A DNA stretch of 64,000 nt from Thermoleophilia bacterium UBA6103 (lineage in GTDB: Bacteria > Actinomycetota > Thermoleophilia > UBA2241). Where the stretch lies: assembly GCA_002423545.1 (NCBI GenBank), contig DIWP01000048.1, positions 79,176 to 143,175 on the forward strand, read 5' to 3'. Positions 58,343 through 64,000 of the stretch are shown piece by piece (position 1 is the stretch's first letter; every line of letters begins with the position of its first letter). Position numbers and translations under genes: made by a program. The notes under the pieces are model-generated. The model ran no database searches and was not told where the DNA came from. It saw nothing but the letters and a program-made list of their open reading frames with translations.

Positions 58343-59773
58343 GTGATAGACGACCGCCTCAACGACGCCTGCGGCGTCTTCGGCATCTACGCACCGGGAC
58401 TGGATGTCGCCCGACTCACGTATTTCGGCCTCTACGCTCTACAGCACCGCGGGCAGGAGAGCGCCGGCATCGCCGTCGCCGACGACGACGGCCAGGTCAC
58501 CGTCGTCAAGGAGCTGGGCCTGGTCTCCCAGGTCTTCGACGAGCGCACGCTCGCCTCGCTGACCGGCAACCACGCCATCGGCCACGTCCGCTACTCCACC
58601 ACCGGGTCGACGCAGTGGCAGAACAGCCAGCCGCTGGTGCGACCGCGCAACGGCTCGGTCATCGCCCTCGGCCACAACGGCAACCTGGTCAACACCACCG
58701 AGCTGCGCAAGGAGCTGCTCGACCAGGGCGTCCAGTTCAGCTCGGCCACCGACACCGAGGTCATCACGGCACTCATCGCCCAGACGGTCGACGGCGACCT
58801 GATGGCAGCCACCAAGGCGGCCGTGGCGCGCATCCGCGGCGCCTTCAGCGCCACGCTGCTCACGTCCGACGCCGTAGCCGGCTTCCGCGATCCCTACGGC
58901 GTCCGCCCGCTCTGCCTCGGCGAGCTGGAAGGCCACCACGTGCTGGCCAGCGAGTCGGCCGCCTTCGACATCCTCGGCGCCCGCTTCGTCCGCGAGGTCG
59001 AGCCGGGCGAGATCGTCCTCATCGACAAGGACGGGCTGCGCAGCGACCGCGTGGAGCTGGAAGGCGCGCGACCGGCCATGTGCATCTTCGAGTTCATCTA
59101 CTTCGCCCGCCCCGACAGCACGCTCAAGGGCCGCACGCTGCACGAGTGCCGGCAGGAGATGGGCCGGCATCTGGCCCGTGAGGCCCCGGTCGAGGCCGAC
59201 CTGGTGATCCCGGTCCCCGACACAGGCATCCCGGCCGCCATCGGCTACTCGCGCGAGTCGGGCATCCCTTATGCCGAGGGCCTCATCAAGAACCGCTACG
59301 TGTACCGCACGTTCATCCAGCCCGACCAGCAGCTGCGCGAGGTCGGCATCAAGATGAAGCTCAACCCGCTGAACGCCGTCATCGAGGGCAAGCGCCTGGT
59401 GGTGGTCGACGACAGCATCGTGCGCGGCACCACCACCGGCAAGATCGTCGACATGCTGTACGGCGCCGGGGCCAAAGAGGTCCACCTGCGCATCAGCTCG
59501 CCGCCGCTCTGCTATCCCTGCTTCTACGGCATCGACATGGCCACCAGGGCCGAGCTGGTCGCCGCCAGCCACGACGTGGAAGAGATCCGCCGCATGGTCG
59601 GCGCCACCTCGCTGCACTACCTTACGCTCGAGGGCCTGCAGGCCAGCACCGGCCTGCCCAAAGAGTACTTCTGCCGCGCCTGCTTCGACGGCGACTACCC
59701 GATCGAAGTGCCGGAGGAGCTGGCCATGTGCAAGATGCGCTTCGAGGGCGGCGGGGCCGACTGCGTGCCGTGA
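58343..59773 (+). CDS. purF: amidophosphoribosyltransferase
   Basis: N-terminal CGVFGI, HRGQESAGI, DSIVRGTT, and C-terminal Cys ligands (CFYGID...CRACFDG). Confidence 0.97.
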   Translation: MIDDRLNDACGVFGIYAPGLDVARLTYFGLYALQHRGQESAGIAVADDDGQVTVVKELGLVSQVFDERTLASLTGNHAIGHVRYSTTGSTQWQNSQPLVRPRNGSVIALGHNGNLVNTTELRKELLDQGVQFSSATDTEVITALIAQTVDGDLMAATKAAVARIRGAFSATLLTSDAVAGFRDPYGVRPLCLGELEGHHVLASESAAFDILGARFVREVEPGEIVLIDKDGLRSDRVELEGARPAMCIFEFIYFARPDSTLKGRTLHECRQEMGRHLAREAPVEADLVIPVPDTGIPAAIGYSRESGIPYAEGLIKNRYVYRTFIQPDQQLREVGIKMKLNPLNAVIEGKRLVVVDDSIVRGTTTGKIVDMLYGAGAKEVHLRISSPPLCYPCFYGIDMATRAELVAASHDVEEIRRMVGATSLHYLTLEGLQASTGLPKEYFCRACFDGDYPIEVPEELAMCKMRFEGGGADCVP

Positions 59774-59908
59774 CCACGGACCACGTGCTACACTGAACCT
59801 GTGTCGTCCGCGGGAGTCGACTCTGCGCTCTGCACCCGACGGACCTGACACAGGGCAGGCCCGGCGGCGCTCGCACTCCGCGTCCTCACACCGCGCCAAG
59901 GAGATCTC

Positions 59909-60139
59909 ATGGCCAACGTGACCCTCGCCATCGACGACGGCCTGCTCAGAAGAGCCCGGGTGAAGGCGGTCAATGAGAACACCAGCGTGAACGCGGTCGT
60001 CCGCGACTTCCTCGTCCGCTGGGTGGACGAAGAGGGCGAACGGGCGGCGGCGGTGCACCGTCTGCGCACCGTTCTCGATGCCACCGAGTATCGATCAGGG
60101 GGCGTCAAGTGGACGCGCGACGAGCTGCACGAACGATGA
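59909..60139 (+). CDS. vapB: ribbon-helix-helix antitoxin (VapB-like)
   Basis: 76 aa: MANVTLAIDDGLLRRARVKAVNENTSVNAVVRDFL. Its stop overlaps the toxin start (ATGA). Confidence 0.75.
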   Translation: MANVTLAIDDGLLRRARVKAVNENTSVNAVVRDFLVRWVDEEGERAAAVHRLRTVLDATEYRSGGVKWTRDELHER

Positions 60140-60615
60140 CCGCCTCATTGCTGCCGAGGACGCGTGTCGCGCAGAAGGCGTTCTTCGACACCAACGTCCT
60201 CGTCTACGCACATGATGCCAGCGCCCCGCGCAAGCGAGACATCGCTCGCGCGCTCCTGTTCGATCACCTGGGCGCCGGCAGCCTCTGCGTCAGTACGCAG
60301 GCGCTCTCCGAGTACTACAGCGTGCTCACCACCCGAGGAGAGGTGAGGCTGGGGGCGGAGGCAGCGGCCTGGCTCATCGAGCAGCTGCCGGCCGGTGTCG
60401 TCTTCGCGCCGTCGCTAGATACGCTGAGGGCCGCGGTCAGACGCAGTGCCGGCGGCAGCCTCTCGATCTGGGACGGCCTCATCCTCGAGACGGCGCGTGA
60501 GGCCGGAGCCGGGCTTCTGTACACCGAAGACCGTCGTCTGCTGGCGGCGGTCGACGAGGCACGCGACGGCATCACCGCGCTCGACCCGTTCCGCGAGCAG
60601 GGCGTGGCCGACTGA
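60136..60615 (+). CDS. vapC: PIN-domain toxin (VapC-like ribonuclease)
   Basis: Conserved acidic residues lie in FFDTNVLVY, LSEYY, IWDGLILE and YTEDR. Confidence 0.83.
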   Translation: MTASLLPRTRVAQKAFFDTNVLVYAHDASAPRKRDIARALLFDHLGAGSLCVSTQALSEYYSVLTTRGEVRLGAEAAAWLIEQLPAGVVFAPSLDTLRAAVRRSAGGSLSIWDGLILETAREAGAGLLYTEDRRLLAAVDEARDGITALDPFREQGVAD

Positions 60616-60692
60616 CGCCGCCGGATGGTCTGATAGGCTGCGGCCGACGGGTGCCTCGCGGCTCGTCACGCACATCACGGCAGGGGGCTGCA

Positions 60693-61865
60693 ATGCATGA
60701 AGACCGGCCGCACAAGCATTCCCACGAACACGGTGAGGGGCACGTGCACAGTCACCAGCACGTGCACTCCCACGCGCACGCTCACCCGCATCGACACGAC
60801 GACCACACCGCCGGGCTCACGTACAGCGAGTCGGGCGTGGACGTGGCGGCCGGCAATGAAGCGGTCCGGCTGCTGAAAGAGCGCCTCAAGAGCACGAAGA
60901 ACCCACTCGTGCTGGAGGGGATCGGCGGCTTCGGCGGCATCATGCGCATGCCGCCGATCAAGGACGCCGTCTTGGTCGCCGGGGCGGACGGAGCCGGCAC
61001 CAAGACGATGATCGCCCGCGAGATGGGCGTCTGGCACACGGTCGGCATCGACGCCGTGGCCATGAACGTCAACGACGTCTCGGCCTGCGGCGCCGTCCCG
61101 TTCTTCTTCCTCGACTACCTGGTCGTGGCGAAGCTGATCCCGGAGCGGGTAGCGGCGATCGTGAGCGGCGTCGACGAGGGCTGCCTGCGCGCCGAGTGCG
61201 TGCTGCTGGGCGGCGAGACCGGCGAGCACCCCGGACACTTCTCGCACCCCGACGACTTCGATCTGGCCGGCTTCGCCGTCGGCCTCGCCGCCCGCCACGA
61301 GCTGTGGGGACCCGGCAAGGTCCAGGCCGGCGACGTCGTCCTCGGTCTGGCCTCCACCGGCGTCCACTCCAACGGCTTCAGCCTCGTGCGAAAGCTGCTC
61401 GCCGAGCGCGGCATCGGCCTCGACGACCGCTTCCCCGGCTCCGAGAGCCGGGAGGGCGGCGCGCAGAGCATCGGCGACGTGCTGCTCACACCGACCGCCG
61501 TCTACAGCCCGGTGCTGCACGACCTCGGTCACGCCTGCGACGTCCATGCGGCCGCCCACGTCACCGGCGGCGGCTTCCCCGACAACGTCTCACGGGCGCT
61601 GCCGGACGGTCTGGCCGCCGAGCTCGACCTCTCGGCCTGGCAGCCACCGCCGGTGTTCGCCTGGCTGCGCGAGGCCGGCGTCGCCGACGACGACATGCTC
61701 GCCACGTTCAACTGCGGCGTCGGCATGGCCGTCGTCCTCCCTGCCGGCGAGCTGCCCGTGGCCCTCGACACCATCAGCCGCGGCGGGCACACGGCCTGGC
61801 AGATCGGCGAGGTGGTGACCCGCGGCGACGGCGCCGCCGTGCGCTATCGGGGCTCGCTCTGGTGA
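60693..61865 (+). CDS. purM: phosphoribosylformylglycinamidine cyclo-ligase with a His-rich N-terminal extension
   Basis: The core starts at LTYSESGVDVAAGNEAV and continues GGFGG, DGAGTK, DYL and GGETGEHPG. It is preceded in frame by 38 aa containing 16 His. The ATG at 60693 follows AGGGGG. Confidence 0.92.
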   Translation: MHEDRPHKHSHEHGEGHVHSHQHVHSHAHAHPHRHDDHTAGLTYSESGVDVAAGNEAVRLLKERLKSTKNPLVLEGIGGFGGIMRMPPIKDAVLVAGADGAGTKTMIAREMGVWHTVGIDAVAMNVNDVSACGAVPFFFLDYLVVAKLIPERVAAIVSGVDEGCLRAECVLLGGETGEHPGHFSHPDDFDLAGFAVGLAARHELWGPGKVQAGDVVLGLASTGVHSNGFSLVRKLLAERGIGLDDRFPGSESREGGAQSIGDVLLTPTAVYSPVLHDLGHACDVHAAAHVTGGGFPDNVSRALPDGLAAELDLSAWQPPPVFAWLREAGVADDDMLATFNCGVGMAVVLPAGELPVALDTISRGGHTAWQIGEVVTRGDGAAVRYRGSLW

Positions 61866-62836
61866 AGAGCGTCGACCTCATCGGCTGCGGGGCGCTCAAC
61901 CTCGACCTCATCTATCGTCTCCCGGCCGGCTTCGCGCTCTGGGACAGGCTCCCGCCGCGCGGCGCCGAGACAAGCCTCGACGACGCCCAGCGGGCCGAGA
62001 TCGATGAAGCTCTGACCGAGCTGCAGCCGTTCCGCTCCGGCGGCGGTCAGGCCGCCAACGTCGTCTACGGCCTCTGTCGCCTCGGGCATAGCGCCGTCAT
62101 GATCGGCCGTGTCGGCGACGACGCCGAAGGCGAGCTGCTGCGCGACGAGCTGGGCCTGCAGGCGACCCAGCACGTCACGCGCGCCGGTCACAGCGGCCGT
62201 GTCTACGTGCTGCTCGACGAGGGCGGCGAGCGCCGCAACCTGGTCTGGCCGGGCACCAACGACGACTTCGGCCCGGCCGACCTGCCACGCAAGCTCCCGC
62301 GGGCACGCTTCGCCTACCTCACCTCGTTCGTCGGCGACGCGCCGCTGGAGGGCCAGTTGGCCCTGCTCGAACGGCTGCCGGCGACCACGGAGGTCGCGTT
62401 CGATCCCGGCGAGCTCTACGCCGGCAAGGGCGTCAAGCGGTTCATGCCGCTGCTGCAGCAGACCGCGTACCTGTTCGCCACCGAACAAGAGCTGGAGCTG
62501 CTCTGCGGCGTCCAGCTCGAGCGGGCCATCGAGTTCCTGGTGAACCTCGGCGTCGGGACGGTGGTCTGCAAGATGGGCGAGCGCGGCGCCCGGCTGGTCT
62601 CCCGGCACGGCGAGATCTACGTGCCGCCGTCGCCGGCCGCGGTGGTCGACGTCACCGGCGCCGGCGACCTGTTCGCCGCCGGGTTCATCGGCGCCCTGCT
62701 GGAAGACCTGCCGCTCGAGTCGGTCGGACGACTGGCCGCGTGGACGGCCTCACGCGGCATCGGCGGCCTCGGCCGCAGCGCCTACCCCGACGCCGCCGCC
62801 TGGCATGAGCAGGTGGAACTGGAGCGCTCGCTGTGA
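61862..62836 (+). CDS. PfkB/ribokinase-family carbohydrate or nucleoside kinase
   Basis: GGGQAANV, the anion-hole motif DVTGAGD, and ~324 aa. Its GTG overlaps the purM stop (GTGA). Confidence 0.83.
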   Translation: MKSVDLIGCGALNLDLIYRLPAGFALWDRLPPRGAETSLDDAQRAEIDEALTELQPFRSGGGQAANVVYGLCRLGHSAVMIGRVGDDAEGELLRDELGLQATQHVTRAGHSGRVYVLLDEGGERRNLVWPGTNDDFGPADLPRKLPRARFAYLTSFVGDAPLEGQLALLERLPATTEVAFDPGELYAGKGVKRFMPLLQQTAYLFATEQELELLCGVQLERAIEFLVNLGVGTVVCKMGERGARLVSRHGEIYVPPSPAAVVDVTGAGDLFAAGFIGALLEDLPLESVGRLAAWTASRGIGGLGRSAYPDAAAWHEQVELERSL

Positions 62837-63744
62837 GCAAGGAGCCCAAGCAGACGACCGGGTCGACGCCTGCACCGGCGTCCGGTGAGCATGCGCCCGG
62901 CACACACGCGCCGGCCGGACCGCCGCCGCGCATCGGCTGGCTGTCCAGCGGCCGCGACCCCGCGGCTCGCACCCTCCTGAGAGAGGTCATGGAGCGGGCC
63001 GCGCGCGATCAGCTGCCGCTCCACATCGCCCTCGTCTTCTGCGACCGGGAACGCGGGGAGTCGGCCGAGAGCGACGCCTTCCTCTCTCTCGCGGCTCACC
63101 TCGATCTACCGGTCGCGACACTCTCGTCGGCGGCGTCCTGGGAGGCCTTCCGGGCCGGCGCGCCACAGACCACCGACGTCGATCGGAACGCCTGGCGGGC
63201 CGCGTTCCATGAAGAGGCACTGCGTCTGCTCGAGCCCCATCAGCTCGACGTCCTCGTCCTGGCCGGCTACATGCTCATCGTCAGCCCGGCGATGTGCGCC
63301 CGTCATGCCATGCTCAATCTGCATCCGGCGCTGCCCGGCGGCCCCACCGGGAGCTGGCAGGAGGTCATCTGGGAGCTGCTGCGCCGCGGCGCCAAAGAGA
63401 CCGGCGCCATGATCCATCTGGTCACGCCCGATCTGGACCGCGGACCGGTGGTCTCGTTCGACCGCTTCCCGATACGGGGCGGGGCCTTCGATCCCCTCTG
63501 GGAGGCGTTCGGCAGCAAGGTGACTGCCAGAGGACTGGACACGATCATGCAAGAGGAGGGCGAGGCGGAGCCGTTGTTCGCCCTCATCCGCAGCACCGGC
63601 GAAGCTCGCGAGATACCGCTGCTCTACCGCACCGTGGCGCAGTTCGTCCTCGGCCGCCTGCGGGCCGCCCACGGGCATGTGCTGAGCTCCACCCCGCTCC
63701 CCATGGACCTGACCGCCGAGGTCGAACGGGAGGTCGGCACGTGA
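62833..63744 (+). CDS. formyltransferase-fold protein, atypical long PurN-like
   Basis: The N-x-H and H..D catalytic contexts are retained (LNLHPALPGGPTG; GAMIHLVTPDLDRGPVV). There is an extra Pro/Ala-rich N-terminus and a C-terminal extension of about 90 aa. Its GTG overlaps the kinase stop. Confidence 0.72.
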   Translation: MSKEPKQTTGSTPAPASGEHAPGTHAPAGPPPRIGWLSSGRDPAARTLLREVMERAARDQLPLHIALVFCDRERGESAESDAFLSLAAHLDLPVATLSSAASWEAFRAGAPQTTDVDRNAWRAAFHEEALRLLEPHQLDVLVLAGYMLIVSPAMCARHAMLNLHPALPGGPTGSWQEVIWELLRRGAKETGAMIHLVTPDLDRGPVVSFDRFPIRGGAFDPLWEAFGSKVTARGLDTIMQEEGEAEPLFALIRSTGEAREIPLLYRTVAQFVLGRLRAAHGHVLSSTPLPMDLTAEVEREVGT

Positions 63745-63920
63745 CCACCGTGCTCGACGGGAAGGTCGGCGCGTGATCACCGTGCTCGACGGGGAGTTCG
63801 GCGCGTGACCACCGTGCTCGACGGGAAGGTCGGCGCGTGAATACCGTGCTCGACGGGAAAGTCGGCGCGTGACCAACGCGGTCGAGAGAGATCGGCGCGT
63901 GACCGCCGCCGAGTCACCGC
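63709..63920 (+). repeat. 32-bp tandem repeat (about 6 copies) built from a gene-junction module
   Basis: The unit GTGACCACCGTGCTCGACGGGAAGGTCGGCGC occurs at 63741, 63773, 63805 and 63837. A 30-bp variant lies at 63869. Diverged copies lie at 63709 and 63899. Confidence 0.92.
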
Positions 63921-64000
63921 GCATCCCGGCATCCGGCGACCCCGCACACCCTGCAGCCGACGCCCGCGAGCCCTACGACCGCGCAGCCGACGACCGCGCA
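63869..64000 (+). CDS. 5' end of an unidentified ORF that runs off the window
   Basis: The frame is open from GTG 63869 (or in-frame GTG 63899) to the window end (44 codons, Ala/Asp/Pro-rich). It starts inside the last repeat copies. Confidence 0.3.
   Translation, partial: MTNAVERDRRVTAAESPRIPASGDPAHPAADAREPYDRAADDRA

Noticed and set aside
63741-63900. A regular 32-bp repeat that could be taken for a CRISPR array.
   Set aside because: The copies are directly adjacent with no spacers. The unit is not palindromic in the CRISPR manner. No cas genes are nearby. It is a tandem repeat.
1-64000. A search by eye for tRNA/rRNA genes, IS elements, integrases, phage genes or recognisable defence-system genes.
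   Set aside because: None were recognised. Apart from vapBC, no mobile or defence hallmark (transposase DDE, tyrosine recombinase, T-loop GGTTCGAATCC and so on) was seen. This scan was manual and cannot be called exhaustive.

Overview
This is a very GC-rich, gene-dense chromosomal segment (about 70% GC by eye, not computed). Gene content looks Actinomycetota-like. GTG starts and 4-nt GTGA/ATGA start-stop overlaps are frequent. I can place about 60 protein-coding genes. I recognised no rRNA, tRNA, CRISPR array, transposase or integrase. All calls rest on motif recognition in the supplied translations and on reading the DNA; no database search was run.

The backbone is a dispersed de novo purine set: purA (partial), purD-purE, purB, purC, purS-purQ-purL-purF, and purM followed by a purN-like gene. 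Unrelated modules sit between these genes:
- a lipoprotein with five tandem chagasin (I42) inhibitor domains, next to an OmpR/HK two-component pair
- an MFS permease and two RidA paralogs
- a complete arginine deiminase operon (arcA, arcC, arcB and a YfcC-type carrier)
- a zur-znuACB metal-uptake operon with a near-consensus Fur-type box
- a two-gene SufC/SufB-type Fe-S module with rubredoxin
- a kexin-like S8 peptidase
- a UDP-sugar modification cluster (2-epimerase, 6-dehydrogenase, Gfo/Idh/MocA oxidoreductase, LbH acetyltransferase)
- a peptidoglycan island (ddl, a fused murT-gatD, larB-dacB, and an L,D-transpeptidase)
- a non-pyrrolysine MttB-family methyltransferase with an APC permease and a LuxR regulator
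- an S9 peptidase
- a vapBC toxin-antitoxin pair wedged between purF and purM

The observations I consider most worth follow-up are:
1. A 32-bp tandem repeat at the 3' end of the pur cluster reads as a relay of four overlapping 11-codon mini-ORFs. Each has its own SD-like box and a GTGA start/stop junction.
2. MurT and GatD are encoded as a single polypeptide.
3. PurM carries an (HX)n histidine-rich N-terminal extension.
4. The chagasin lipoprotein has five inhibitor domains.
5. The minimal SufCB module is paired with rubredoxin.
6. An orphan larB is translationally coupled to dacB.
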